Shown here in pieces: positions 19,235 through 29,365 of a stretch of 64,000 nt of DNA. Both the position numbers and the translations under genes were made by a program. Location of the stretch: positions 38,757 through 102,756 of IMG/VR virus record IMGVR_UViG_3300005466_000025; one strand, written 5' to 3'. Source of the DNA: a virus. The notes beneath the pieces are model-generated. The model was not told the DNA's origin and ran no database searches. It saw only the letters and a list, made by a program, of their open reading frames with translations. How positions within the stretch are numbered: the first letter of the stretch is position 1; every line of letters starts with the position of its first letter.

Positions 19235-19743
19235 TTCTTGAAATATTTATTTTCTATGATCATATTTCTTCTGCCAAATTTAAACTCAAAGTTGGATTCA
19301 ATGTCAGGATTAACATCCTCCATGGGGTCCAGTCTCACATGATAGGGATCAATTGTCATGTACTGATGGTTCCACTGATCCTCCCCATAAACAATATCCT
19401 CCCAACGGCTTTTTACTTCAGGGAAATCCGTCCTGTTCACATAACTTCTTAGATACTTGGCGAGATACATTTGAAATTTATCGGCGCAGGTTACACTCTG
19501 GCCCTTAAACTCCTCAAAAATTATTCTCCAAACCTTATTGTCCTTGACGATCATTGTCTCATTGAGAAAAAATATTTCATCGTAGTCAGTCTTCTCAAAT
19601 GTTTCCTTGACTCCATCGATCTGCCAACCCCAATGGTTGGTTAGGATGATTGGATACTTTGTGTCAAGCGTCGGGAGAAGCTCCCCAAGCCATCTTGTAT
19701 CACCCTTAATGGGATGACTAATTGCTATTGCTTGTCTGATCAA
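19195..19743 (-). CDS. hypothetical protein, possibly a divergent glycosyltransferase
   Basis: YDEIFFLNET; position in the glyco island. Confidence 0.55.
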   Translation of the reverse strand: MIRQAIAISHPIKGDTRWLGELLPTLDTKYPIILTNHWGWQIDGVKETFEKTDYDEIFFLNETMIVKDNKVWRIIFEEFKGQSVTCADKFQMYLAKYLRSYVNRTDFPEVKSRWEDIVYGEDQWNHQYMTIDPYHVRLDPMEDVNPDIESNFEFKFGRRNMIIENKYFKKWKSAWNINMLVR

Positions 19744-20158
19744 TGATCCTCCTAATTATTTCCGTTGTGGAGATGCCTCCTGTGTAGGGCAGGTAAACTA
19801 CTTTTATGTTACGCCAGTCCAGCCAAGCCTGATCTATTCCAAGCTGTCCCAGGTAGTCCCTGTTCTTCCAATCGTCCCCGATTGCAATGATCTGTGGTCT
19901 TACTCTATCAATTGTCAGACCTGAGTTGGCCCCTCCTATATTTCTTATCACACTGTTAACATATTTGCAGGACTGAAGCACGGCGAATCTTTCTTCGAAG
20001 GTGCAGATGGGCTGTCTTTTAAATTGCGCCACAAATTCATCGTCGTTCACCGCCACAACTAGGTGGTCCCCAAGCTTTCTTGCCTCCCTTAAAAAATTAA
20101 CGTGGCCCGTATGGAACAGATCAAATGTCCCGCCTGTATACACTTTAACTAGGTTCAT
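19718..20158 (-). CDS. cytidylyltransferase (TagD/RfaE-like)
   Basis: YTGGTFDLFHTGH (HxGH), GDDW, YTGGISTT. Confidence 0.9.
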   Translation of the reverse strand: MNLVKVYTGGTFDLFHTGHVNFLREARKLGDHLVVAVNDDEFVAQFKRQPICTFEERFAVLQSCKYVNSVIRNIGGANSGLTIDRVRPQIIAIGDDWKNRDYLGQLGIDQAWLDWRNIKVVYLPYTGGISTTEIIRRIIDQTSNSN

Positions 20159-20870
20159 AAAATAATTCCAGGATTTCATTGGGGGCAGGATCGAAAACCA
20201 CATCCGCAAATTGACTAGGAACAACAGGGTGAAGATTGGGGTCACCTAGCGTCCATCCTGTCCAGATTTTTTCATACCATTCTGGTATCCACTCATGGTT
20301 ATGTTCCGATCCAGAAATTTTTTGTCTCATTTCCTCGTCCGATCTTACAAATGAAAAATGATGAAACTCTGCGCCAGTTGTCCACCCATTTCTTGCGTCA
20401 GTTAGGCGACTAAATTTAAATTGTTGGTTGGTTCTTATCGCCACCACCGGGTTGTCGGGCTGAGGATCGGGCTGAATTCTTAACCCCATTGTCTTCCAAT
20501 AGACGTGCATATTTGGTGCCCGGACAACATCCACATCATCCTTCAAGGATTTTAATAAAAAATATAATTCTTTTTCTTCCCAGAATTCATCTGTATCAAC
20601 AACTAGTGCCCACTCTATTCCTTGCATTTTCATGTGTGCAAGTCCATGGTTTCTTTGTTGATGATCCACTCCACTATTTATATAAACTAAATTGGCTCCC
20701 TCCTCCTCAACAATATCCATGGTCATATCATTGTTTCCTTCGCCACGCCATGGACGGTCGGAACACACAACATAATGTGGCAAGCCAAAACTTCTAAACT
20801 GCCTAATATTTGCAGCCATGAATCTCTCTGCCTTATATGCAACAGTTAGAACTCCAACTTTATTGTTCAA
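20145..20870 (-). CDS. GT2-like glycosyltransferase
   Basis: QQRNHG, VVDTDE (DxD), HHFSFVR. Confidence 0.75.
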   Translation of the reverse strand: MNNKVGVLTVAYKAERFMAANIRQFRSFGLPHYVVCSDRPWRGEGNNDMTMDIVEEEGANLVYINSGVDHQQRNHGLAHMKMQGIEWALVVDTDEFWEEKELYFLLKSLKDDVDVVRAPNMHVYWKTMGLRIQPDPQPDNPVVAIRTNQQFKFSRLTDARNGWTTGAEFHHFSFVRSDEEMRQKISGSEHNHEWIPEWYEKIWTGWTLGDPNLHPVVPSQFADVVFDPAPNEILELFYEPS

Positions 20871-21048
20871 GGATTCTCTCCCTCATTTTCTTTGGAAGAA
20901 GTTCAAGGGAATCACAGTCAGGACAAATCCATGGGCCTTCCTTGCCGTCTGTTGTCATAATAAGCAACAAATCCATGCCACATTCCGTGGACTGTTCGCC
21001 CTTCTTATAAGTTTTAGAAGTACATTTTCTTTTTTCTACTGCGTCCAT
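20860..21048 (-). CDS. small zinc-ribbon protein
   Basis: C..ECG..WICPDC. Confidence 0.5.
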   Translation of the reverse strand: MDAVEKRKCTSKTYKKGEQSTECGMDLLLIMTTDGKEGPWICPDCDSLELLPKKMRERILEQ

Positions 21049-21845
21049 TTAGATTCATAGTAGTCCCTGTTTGAGAACTCTATAATTTCCTCCCTTTCTC
21101 CTTCGAAGTAGTCCTTGTGGGGCAGGGAAATTGCAATGTTTGATTTATCCAGGACAACATTGAACCCCTTAAGTTTTGCCTGCTGAGCAAAGTCCATGTT
21201 CTCATAGGCAATCCCCTTGTCTAGTTCCTCGTCCCATCTGACTCCCGCCTCAAGAATTTTTCTTGGAATGGCAGCCCAGTTGGCCTCCCAGTGTCCTGTC
21301 TCAACTGGAAGGATTTCATCCCCCAATACATAAAGCTGTGACACCCGCACATCCTCCCATGATAATCTCCTAGGTCTGGACGTAAAGGGTTCATTAAAGA
21401 TTGTGTAGTCACCCTCTAGATCAACAATTTTATTTGGGTATGGATCGCGGGAGATATGTGTGACCCCTGTTAGCAGGGAGTCCGGGAACAATTTGTTGGC
21501 GTCAATGAATCTCTGTAGCCCGTCCGGATGCAGATAAATATAATCCTGTAGGGATACAAGCATGTCAAAGCCTTTGTCCAGGACAAACTCAGCCACATTG
21601 TTATACATGGCGCACAGATTTCTTTTATTTCCCTCAGGAATTTCCCTCTGCATCCACTGGATAGGGAAGTCAACCCTGCTCTGTATCTCACCCCAGATTG
21701 GGTACCTATTAATAAATCTTTGGTCACTGACAACCCATACAAAATCCTTGAATGTCTGACGCATTAGGGATGCCTCTAGTACATCCAATCCCCCTGGTCT
21801 ATATGTGGGTGTAAAAACAACTATCTTCAAGCGAAATACCTCCAT
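21036..21845 (-). CDS. GT2-family glycosyltransferase
   Basis: VFTPTYR, SLMRQTF, LQDY, WDE..D.G.AYEN. Confidence 0.8.
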   Translation of the reverse strand: MEVFRLKIVVFTPTYRPGGLDVLEASLMRQTFKDFVWVVSDQRFINRYPIWGEIQSRVDFPIQWMQREIPEGNKRNLCAMYNNVAEFVLDKGFDMLVSLQDYIYLHPDGLQRFIDANKLFPDSLLTGVTHISRDPYPNKIVDLEGDYTIFNEPFTSRPRRLSWEDVRVSQLYVLGDEILPVETGHWEANWAAIPRKILEAGVRWDEELDKGIAYENMDFAQQAKLKGFNVVLDKSNIAISLPHKDYFEGEREEIIEFSNRDYYESKWTQ

Positions 21846-22396
21846 GCTTCTGAATCATATCCGTATAAGGTAGCGAAGGTCTTTAAAAATAAAATTTTTG
21901 ACTCCACAGGAGTAAGAGGGTTGATGGTATAGCTCAGCACAGGTTCCCCTTCATAATAATCAGGAGGTATGGAACCAAAGTCCCTCATCTCAGTGTGTCT
22001 TACAAGAAGATCAATCTCATGCACTTCCTCTGGCATTTCAAGGGGAATTCCAAACTTGGTGCAGATGGCACCCATAAGATGTTCCTCCACCTGTCGGTAG
22101 GATTCATACTGCGGCGTTGTCTTCAGCGGTGCTATGATATCCCCTATGTATGCCTCCGAGGCGTCATGCATGAGTGCCCATTTCTTTAATGGGTATGGAG
22201 CCTCCCATGAACAAATCACGGAGTGCTGTGCAACACTATAAAATTCCTTACACTGTCCACCATATCTGCACACATTTGACAGACCATGAGCGATATCCAA
22301 TATAGAAATATCATCGATGTTCGGGTCAAGCGGGTAGAATCTCTTGCCTGAGAAGGTACACATCGGCAAGATGGTGGCGGTTTCCATACCGTCCAT
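21827..22396 (-). CDS. HD-domain 5'-deoxynucleotidase (YfbR/YfdR-like), leaderless
   Basis: DIAHGLS..CRYGG, YSVAQHS, LMHDASEAYIGD. Confidence 0.85.
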   Translation of the reverse strand: MDGMETATILPMCTFSGKRFYPLDPNIDDISILDIAHGLSNVCRYGGQCKEFYSVAQHSVICSWEAPYPLKKWALMHDASEAYIGDIIAPLKTTPQYESYRQVEEHLMGAICTKFGIPLEMPEEVHEIDLLVRHTEMRDFGSIPPDYYEGEPVLSYTINPLTPVESKILFLKTFATLYGYDSEAWRYFA

Positions 22397-22511
22397 GCCC
22401 AGTAGTATAGCATAAAGTTGAGGCGGGCCGACACACCGAAACGACCCGCCCCATTAGAAAGGGAGCAAAATGGTGGGGACGGATACCATTCTGCTTCTAC
22501 CTACCTCCTCG

Positions 22512-22724
22512 TTAGAGGAGGATTTTAACGGCCGTCTCCTTTGGACAGCCCTGTTCCAAAAATTTTTCTAATTGTCCGTGATAAACATCACTTTCAACCA
22601 GGGCATGAATGTCATCCAGAGGCCAGTCTGGACCCAATATCTTGACAAAATTGTCGAACTTATGCTTGTACAAATTTTCAACTTCTCTTGTTTTCTTATC
22701 GGTATCTATCGGTATAGATGACAT
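22512..22724 (-). CDS. hypothetical protein
   Basis: ORF following the holin. Confidence 0.55.
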   Translation of the reverse strand: MSSIPIDTDKKTREVENLYKHKFDNFVKILGPDWPLDDIHALVESDVYHGQLEKFLEQGCPKETAVKILL

Positions 22725-22744
22725 TCATGACCCCCTGTTGATTG

Positions 22745-23170
22745 TTAGCTTAGTCCAGCATTTCTAGCGGGGAACTCACCCTTAGTTGCGAGTCCTTCAA
22801 CGGCTCTAAATGCCGCCTGAAGGGCACCAATAAAGGCAGCTACTACAACAGCCTTACCTGCTTCATAATCCGGTGCGTCTGAAATTCCCTGCAATAGAAC
22901 AACAAATGCCGAGAGTCCAGCAATGACAAATGCGTCCAGATATGATGCAATGATGGGCTGGCTTGGAAATAGCCCTGCGAAAGATAGCTTAGGTATGAAT
23001 ACCTGAACTGCCTTAAGTGCGGCAACTCCCGAAGCAACTAGAGCAGCTACGGCTAGCGCCGAGAACTCCTTTAGATTTGTTGCTGACACTAGACCAGCAG
23101 CAAACGTTACAAAGGTGACAGCAAATGCCTTAAGGGCTGCTCGTCCCGCTTCATATAATAGTTTCTTCAA
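22745..23170 (-). CDS. putative holin (four TM, internally duplicated)
   Basis: AAAGGAGG RBS; two RA..AF...F repeats; follows the lysins. Confidence 0.65.
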   Translation of the reverse strand: MKKLLYEAGRAALKAFAVTFVTFAAGLVSATNLKEFSALAVAALVASGVAALKAVQVFIPKLSFAGLFPSQPIIASYLDAFVIAGLSAFVVLLQGISDAPDYEAGKAVVVAAFIGALQAAFRAVEGLATKGEFPARNAGLS

Positions 23171-23183
23171 CTTGTCCTCCTTT

Positions 23184-23888
23184 CTAACATTCTCTGCTTT
23201 TTAGCAGTGATAGGTACTTCGTTATAATAGCCGCATAATCCTTACCTTCGGCTGTATATAACCCTGAGGCTGGTTTTCCGGCCTCAAGCCATTGTCTCGC
23301 ATAAAATCTACCCACGTTGTGGGCGGCGAGGGCGGCGTCATTATCATTCAACGCCTCAATATTATTAGAGAGATACTCAGCGGCCCAGGGGATGGAATAG
23401 GCAGGATCAAATGCATCCTCATCCAATACCTCCGGGTGCCAGTAGGAATTTATCTGCGCCAATCCTCTGTCCCTTGGATCAACATACCCTACGGCTGCTG
23501 GATCAAAACCTGATTCCAGATTCAATTGCTTGCACAATAGCAAGGCTGGATTGCCGCTCTTGTGGGATTCCTCCCAAATTCTTTTCTTAAATAGTCTGCG
23601 GGCTGTTGTTGGCCCGATAACACCGTCCGCCTTCAGTCCTACACTTGCCTGGAATTCCTTGGTTCTATCCCTGGCAGCCGCCCCAAAGAATGGAGTTGTT
23701 GTATCCAATCCCTTGCCGAATCCCCTGTAGGCAAGCTCATTCTTAAGGGCCACCAATGCATATGCCTTGGGGGTATCGGGTTCCGCCTTGTCTTGATATC
23801 TGTACCATGAAGTCCAGGCTGCGCCCAAAGGTCCCTCATCTACCTGGACCAGACGTGCCACATTATGTCTTGCTTCGTCTTCTGACAT
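23184..23888 (-). CDS. endolysin: PG-binding domain + SLT lytic transglycosylase
   Basis: FQASVGLKADGVIGPTT; ESGFDP, GLAQIN, ALAAHN. Confidence 0.85.
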   Translation of the reverse strand: MSEDEARHNVARLVQVDEGPLGAAWTSWYRYQDKAEPDTPKAYALVALKNELAYRGFGKGLDTTTPFFGAAARDRTKEFQASVGLKADGVIGPTTARRLFKKRIWEESHKSGNPALLLCKQLNLESGFDPAAVGYVDPRDRGLAQINSYWHPEVLDEDAFDPAYSIPWAAEYLSNNIEALNDNDAALAAHNVGRFYARQWLEAGKPASGLYTAEGKDYAAIITKYLSLLKSREC

Positions 23889-24832
23889 TATTTTATGTAT
23901 GTTCTGAAGTGCGAGAAGTCTGATCTATAGTATACACTATTTAGGACGGGTCCAATTTCCGATCCGTGTGAGATACATTTTCCGTTTCCAATATATATAA
24001 CAACATGATGATATGGTGCCCCATTCCCATAAAATGCTAGGTCCCCAGGCTGTGGGGTCCCTGTTCTATTCCCATGCTGGACTAGTGTACCAGTATATCC
24101 CCAACCGTTATATCCTAGTCCGTTTGGATCAGGAACTCCTGCCCCCCAATATGTCCAGGTTGAGAATGATGAGCAATCCTCATAAAAAGGAATTTTTGGA
24201 GGACGAATCTTATTACGGACACCATACATTCTGAGTCCGGACTGGGTGTAGTGAATCTTGTATCTGTTGTTGTATCCAAAGGTTGCATAGGATACAATCA
24301 CGGCGCGTGGTGACGTGTTGTAAATCTTGTTGGACTTGTTCATCAGGAAGGTGCCGTACTGATCATAGTATCTGGCTAGCTTCTTGTGTACATCAAGATC
24401 GTATACCCCGTCCCGCTTCATGTGGTTCTTTTCCTGGAATTCACTTACGTTCTTCTGCATACCCTTACCAAAGAAACGTGTGAAGTTACCCCACTTTCTT
24501 ATTCCAGCGGCAGCAAGGGCACGCTGGCAAGCCAACACATCATCCCCATGCATCATCATTGTTTTGTAGTAGAGGGAACGTGGCAATGGAACAACGTTCT
24601 TCTTGTTCAACATCAGTCTCAAATTTGCATCGGCATTTCTTTGAGCCTGCTCCGCCCGTTGCATATCAGTTAGGGGAATACCACCTACATGCTGATACTT
24701 TTCAAGTAGACTGTCGTCCCCGTCCTCATATCCCTCTGGCAATACATCAAGTGGAACCTCATCCAAGGATGTGTAGACAAACTCCTCCGGGAGGAGTATC
24801 AACTTGTTTGTATAAACGTCAACTAGGCTCAT
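23888..24832 (-). CDS. endolysin: PG-binding domain + NlpC/P60 peptidase
   Basis: GDDVLACQRAL..FQ..DGV; DCSSF, PGDLAFY, HVVIYIG. Confidence 0.85.
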   Translation of the reverse strand: MSLVDVYTNKLILLPEEFVYTSLDEVPLDVLPEGYEDGDDSLLEKYQHVGGIPLTDMQRAEQAQRNADANLRLMLNKKNVVPLPRSLYYKTMMMHGDDVLACQRALAAAGIRKWGNFTRFFGKGMQKNVSEFQEKNHMKRDGVYDLDVHKKLARYYDQYGTFLMNKSNKIYNTSPRAVIVSYATFGYNNRYKIHYTQSGLRMYGVRNKIRPPKIPFYEDCSSFSTWTYWGAGVPDPNGLGYNGWGYTGTLVQHGNRTGTPQPGDLAFYGNGAPYHHVVIYIGNGKCISHGSEIGPVLNSVYYRSDFSHFRTYIK

Positions 24833-25140
24833 TATGGCAACTTACATGGTGGTATGTGGTTTAGTCTCATAATTTGTTTGTTGATAACCGAGAGATATGC
24901 AGCCTTCACAGCCGGATCAAAGTGTTCCCCTTCAACCCTCTTGTGGTCCCTCTCTAGGAAATTGATTGCGATTTTGTTTCTGAACTTCTCCCTGTCACAC
25001 TGTCTGATGATGAATATTGTTTGTTTTTTGTTAACTTTTCTGATGGCCGCATCGTTTTGATACGCAAGAAACAGACCTATAACAACACCAATTGCTAAGG
25101 TTAAGTAACCCACCCTATTCTTTGTCTGTGCTGATACCAT
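24832..25140 (-). CDS. N-terminally anchored membrane protein (lysis region)
   Basis: one TM segment, two Cys. Confidence 0.6.
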   Translation of the reverse strand: MVSAQTKNRVGYLTLAIGVVIGLFLAYQNDAAIRKVNKKQTIFIIRQCDREKFRNKIAINFLERDHKRVEGEHFDPAVKAAYLSVINKQIMRLNHIPPCKLP

Positions 25141-25165
25141 CTTTCATAACATCTTCTCTCTGTTA

Positions 25166-25501
25166 TTACTTTAGCAGCTTTTGATTGCATTCTTCTATAG
25201 TAGGTATATGTCTTTTAGCATTCTTGAGGGCAATGATATATTTTCTGTTGATTTCAGCCCTCTTCTTGTCACCCTCCTGCAAGTTTAGTTCTCGGGTGTC
25301 ACTAACTGTTTCAATTTGAACATCCCTGAGTCTGTTTTCCTTCTTGAGGGCGGCGATGTTCCGAACACACAATGCGGATACAGTCTCGTTGATGTTGTCA
25401 ACAAGCTGGTGGGATGATCTTTGAGTCATTGCCCAGACGCCAACCACCAGTGCCAGGGCAAGCACAGCATAGGCCGCAATGTTAAAATTACGCTTCGACA
25501 T
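25166..25501 (-). CDS. N-terminally anchored membrane protein (lysis region)
   Basis: one TM segment, two Cys; same architecture as neighbour. Confidence 0.6.
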   Translation of the reverse strand: MSKRNFNIAAYAVLALALVVGVWAMTQRSSHQLVDNINETVSALCVRNIAALKKENRLRDVQIETVSDTRELNLQEGDKKRAEINRKYIIALKNAKRHIPTIEECNQKLLK

Positions 25502-25590
25502 TTATCTAAATACCTCCTGCCAAATTATACCGACGAGCAGCATTATAGAAACGTATGACGCCGAGAGAATTCGAAGGCGGGCACACATTT

Positions 25591-25815
25591 TTAGTCCTTG
25601 TTGGGTTCCTGAGGAGATGATTTCTTCTCTTCCTTCCCATTCCCATTTCTCAGCCGATCCTCGCCCTTCAAGACCAATGGGAATCCCATCAATGCCAAGG
25701 AGGCCGTCAACAAAAACGGCCTCTCTGCGTTCTCTACTATCAATTCGTGGAGAAACCCCAGTCCCCCCAGGACGTATGCGAGAGTTTCCTTCGTTTCTCT
25801 GGAAAAATTCCACAC
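25591..25815 (-). CDS. small membrane protein (holin-like)
   Basis: two hydrophobic segments, charged tail. Confidence 0.55.
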   Translation of the reverse strand: MWNFSRETKETLAYVLGGLGFLHELIVENAERPFLLTASLALMGFPLVLKGEDRLRNGNGKEEKKSSPQEPNKD

Positions 25816-25903
25816 CTAGTACACTTGTCTTTCTGGACGTTGGATAACAGTAAACGAAGTGTAACAGCACAAATTCCCTGCTGAATTAGTGTTATTATCA
25901 TTG

Positions 25904-28210
25904 TTATTGCAAGGAATTTATTAAGTCATTCCACTTTCCATACACATTCTCCCAGGAGTATTGTTCCGCGTAGGCTCTGTTCTCCTCCCGTATACTTTCC
26001 TGCCATTCCTCCTGTCCCAACATAAGTCCAAGCATTCTGAGGAACTCCTTCTGATAGCCTGTGTTCTTAGGCCACCCGGATATCCTGGGGACGTTTGGAT
26101 TGACTGTCTCATTCAGGGCCGCAAGGCTTGATGTAAGGGGAATGACGCCGGACATTTGCATCTCTAGCGCCGTGATACAGAAGGTTTCCATGAAGTCGGT
26201 TGGGTATGTCCAGAAGGAACACTTAGCCATCTGTCTAGCTAGCTCCTTCTGATTGACACGTCCATGCTCAATGATTCCACCTTCCTCCCCTCCCAGAAGT
26301 TGAATTTGATTGACACATTTTGCCCTGAAATCCTCAAGCTGACCGATTCCGCCGCCCCTTCCCTTGTGCATGGCAATGATCTTGTCGATCATGTCCCACC
26401 CATAGAATAGATGCAGGTTTGCCTCAGGGAAGTTGGTTCTGATGATCGGCCACAGGCTCAGCATTGTGTCCAGCCCTCGGTCGGGTGAGGATGAGTAGAT
26501 AAAATTAAATTTATTTTTTTTATCCCATTCATCCTTGTTAAATCTAGTAAGGTCTATGCCGTTTGGCATGACGGCTATCTTGTTCTTTGGCAGACCATAC
26601 AAATGTCTAAGATGATTGGCGTGCCAGTTTGTTAGACCAAGCACCTTGTCCGGACGCATGAGGACCGCCTTCTCCTCCTTACCAATGTTAACATCGTGCA
26701 TCCATAGCAACTTGACCTTAGCAAGCGGGGTTCCATCAAATGGAATTACCGATCTGCTTGATACAAAGGTATTAAACTGTTCCCCAGGCAGATATTCGTC
26801 TGAACCCCACCATTCAATACCTTCATGGACCCCCCGATAATCACCCGGTGTTCCGAAAACAACGACGCGCCAGCCATCTGCTGCAAAGAAGGGGGCGAGT
26901 TTAATAATGCACGTCTCTGCTCCTCCGTGTCCTCCTTTGGCGAAGGTTTCTGGGTTCCAGACTTCAGGAATGGGCTGTGTGTAGAATGCAATAGATTTTT
27001 CCGGCTTGGTTCCTCTGAGTTTCTTTCGTGCTGTCCAGGCATCATCCACATCCTTTGTCTTGTCGAAGTTTTCCAATGTCTTGATCTTGTCGTCTAATGT
27101 TTCACCGGACTCCCCTGAGGGACGCCAAATCTTTCTGGCTGCCTTGTAATCCTTGAGGGCATTGTCCATATCACCTAGCTCATCATTAGCCATGGCCCGT
27201 AGAAGCATGGGCGTGAACCCTGATAGCTGTGGCTCAATTGATGCGGCGGTGGATGGCTTAGGACATTTAACTGCCATTGAGGCAAAGGCCTTCATGCGCG
27301 GCCAATCCCCTAGCTCCATGCAGGACTTGGCTGCCCCTACATATCCATCAGGCCATTCAGGATAGATGGCAATGCATTCCAGGTCAGCCTCCAATGCATT
27401 AGCATGATCCCCCTTCATTCTAAATAGGTCAGCCATGCGTGCCGTAGCCAAATAAACATCATCCGTTAATTCATGTACCATGCCCCTGTATGCCTCATAG
27501 GCACCAATGGCTGCATCAATTAGTGCGGCCTTTCTCTGTGGGTCCTGCTCCCCATCAGCCTCAGCCAATGTTTCCCCGGCCAAATAAAACTGATAACGTG
27601 GCTCCTCAGGATTCTCCTGGGCGGCCTTCATAATAATCTTTTTATTGCGGTCCCTGGCACCCCTTGTTTCACCAGATACCCTCTGGTGTCTGATGTGGAG
27701 TTCCTCCCGCTTGGCGTACTGAATATTTGAGATGGAGCGGCAAACCTCATGGATGGGATAGACCCAGTTCCATTCCATCTTGGTAGAAAGAATTCTTTCC
27801 CGCCACTGTTCAACAACCACGGCCCCTGTCTCAGGGTCAACGGCATACTCATACTTTAGGAAGACCCCTAGGGAATAATCATCCAGGGAGTCAAGCATCT
27901 TATCCATGGCACCGGGTTCCCCAACGAGAATATCGTCGGTATCAATCCACAGCATCCAATCGAATTCATCCTTTGGAACAAGGGAGAAGCTCTGGTTCCT
28001 AGCCAGGCCGAAATTATCCTCCCACTTAAATTTCTTGTAGACTATCGGAAGTGTTGTCCACTTCTGCCAGTTTAGTTTGGACTTTGTGCCGTTGTAGTTA
28101 ACAAAAATTCCGTCAACATGTGGTTCCAAGGACTTGAGAAGCTTCTTTATCTCCTCTTCCTCATAGGCGTCCCCTGTAATAATACAGGCCGCAACTTTGT
28201 TTGCGCTCAA
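25904..28210 (-). CDS. multidomain glycosyltransferase GT2-TPR-GT4
   Basis: WEDNFGLARN, WIDTDD, IHE (SunS-like GT2); helical repeats; GGAE, NGIDL, SSPDRGL, YPTDFMETFCITALE (GT4). Confidence 0.9.
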   Translation of the reverse strand: MSANKVAACIITGDAYEEEEIKKLLKSLEPHVDGIFVNYNGTKSKLNWQKWTTLPIVYKKFKWEDNFGLARNQSFSLVPKDEFDWMLWIDTDDILVGEPGAMDKMLDSLDDYSLGVFLKYEYAVDPETGAVVVEQWRERILSTKMEWNWVYPIHEVCRSISNIQYAKREELHIRHQRVSGETRGARDRNKKIIMKAAQENPEEPRYQFYLAGETLAEADGEQDPQRKAALIDAAIGAYEAYRGMVHELTDDVYLATARMADLFRMKGDHANALEADLECIAIYPEWPDGYVGAAKSCMELGDWPRMKAFASMAVKCPKPSTAASIEPQLSGFTPMLLRAMANDELGDMDNALKDYKAARKIWRPSGESGETLDDKIKTLENFDKTKDVDDAWTARKKLRGTKPEKSIAFYTQPIPEVWNPETFAKGGHGGAETCIIKLAPFFAADGWRVVVFGTPGDYRGVHEGIEWWGSDEYLPGEQFNTFVSSRSVIPFDGTPLAKVKLLWMHDVNIGKEEKAVLMRPDKVLGLTNWHANHLRHLYGLPKNKIAVMPNGIDLTRFNKDEWDKKNKFNFIYSSSPDRGLDTMLSLWPIIRTNFPEANLHLFYGWDMIDKIIAMHKGRGGGIGQLEDFRAKCVNQIQLLGGEEGGIIEHGRVNQKELARQMAKCSFWTYPTDFMETFCITALEMQMSGVIPLTSSLAALNETVNPNVPRISGWPKNTGYQKEFLRMLGLMLGQEEWQESIREENRAYAEQYSWENVYGKWNDLINSLQ

Positions 28211-28238
28211 ATCATCACCTTTGGTTGTAGTTTTGAAA

Positions 28239-28835
28239 CTATATTATACCTAATAGTAGCAGTTCTTCCTCGTCCTTTTGACGCAAGTTGATTTTTGGCT
28301 CCTCCACTGGCTCCTTTGGTATAACAATGGTTCTTTCACTGACAGGTGAGAAGGATAGAATCTCCACGGCTCTTGGCTTGGCGTAGATTGGTCGTCTAAT
28401 CTTGGTATCAATGTCGGAATCATTATACGCATAAGCCTCAACCAACTCGCCAATCAGAATTTGCTCCCCAATGAGTTGCATTGATGAGGACCTTGCATAT
28501 ATATCCTCCTCGGACCATGGTCGTCCACCCATGACCTGGATTCTGCCTCCGGTTCCACCCCCAACAACAACCTCTGGCTGCTCCGGCTCCGGAATTGGTG
28601 TGCCAATAATTTCCTCGTCGCATGTGTGTGTTCCTGTGCCAGTGTTGGTACACACATCGGCAATGGCCGCACTTACCGGAATCTCAAGATTTAGTATGTC
28701 AACATAAATATGGGCAATGCTAACAACCGTCTCCGATAGAGACGGTGTTCCAGCCCCACTGTTGAGCAGTATGTCATGAAAGCTATTGCTTTCCTCAAAC
28801 TCAAAGTTGAGTTGATCTACAAAAATATTAGGCAT
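28239..28835 (-). CDS. hypothetical virion-associated protein
   Basis: late operon; GGG linker, DEEELLLL tail. Confidence 0.55.
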   Translation of the reverse strand: MPNIFVDQLNFEFEESNSFHDILLNSGAGTPSLSETVVSIAHIYVDILNLEIPVSAAIADVCTNTGTGTHTCDEEIIGTPIPEPEQPEVVVGGGTGGRIQVMGGRPWSEEDIYARSSSMQLIGEQILIGELVEAYAYNDSDIDTKIRRPIYAKPRAVEILSFSPVSERTIVIPKEPVEEPKINLRQKDEEELLLLGII

Positions 28836-28841
28836 GTTTGT

Positions 28842-29357
28842 TTATGCCCCCGTCCTCCTGATGGCAAATTGTTCTAGGAAGATACGCTTCTGGGACGACG
28901 AGGCATTCTTCGTTAGGTTGGAGTAGGTGATAATCTTGAAGCCTGCGGTGGCAACGGCGACCCCTGAAACCGCCTGCACCATATTGTAGTTGAATCCTGT
29001 CTGGTATGTATCAATGGTTCCTGCGGTAACTCCGTCAATAGCGATAGTTATGATTCCGGTAGATGCCAGCTTGGTACACATCGTCTCGAACGTCCAGGTG
29101 CCAGTACGCATGTATAGCCCGACAGTCCAAACCGAATCGTCAGCTATAACAAGCTGACCACCGTGAAGTGAGGCCCCGTCAGCGTTGAGTGCACCACTCC
29201 CGGACGAAAAGGTAAGTCCTAGGAAGGGCACAACGCTGTAATTGTCTGAGGCGGGTGCGATTAGTGTCCCGTCTGCATTATGGGAAACCAATAGATATGT
29301 ATTTAATTCGTCACCCCAGGTATTAATATCTCCTCCGGGTGTAGGTAGGGTAGCCAT
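28842..29357 (-). CDS. putative tail fibre/minor virion protein
   Basis: LPTPGGDINTWGDELNTYLLVSHNADGTL N-terminal motif typical of phage fibre-type proteins. Confidence 0.6.
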   Translation of the reverse strand: MATLPTPGGDINTWGDELNTYLLVSHNADGTLIAPASDNYSVVPFLGLTFSSGSGALNADGASLHGGQLVIADDSVWTVGLYMRTGTWTFETMCTKLASTGIITIAIDGVTAGTIDTYQTGFNYNMVQAVSGVAVATAGFKIITYSNLTKNASSSQKRIFLEQFAIRRTGA

Positions 29358-29365
29358 TCTAACTC

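Noticed and set aside
25502-25870. 122-aa minus-strand ORF
   Set aside because: Mostly overlaps the more plausible membrane gene 25591-25815; only its last ~28 codons may be a real small peptide.
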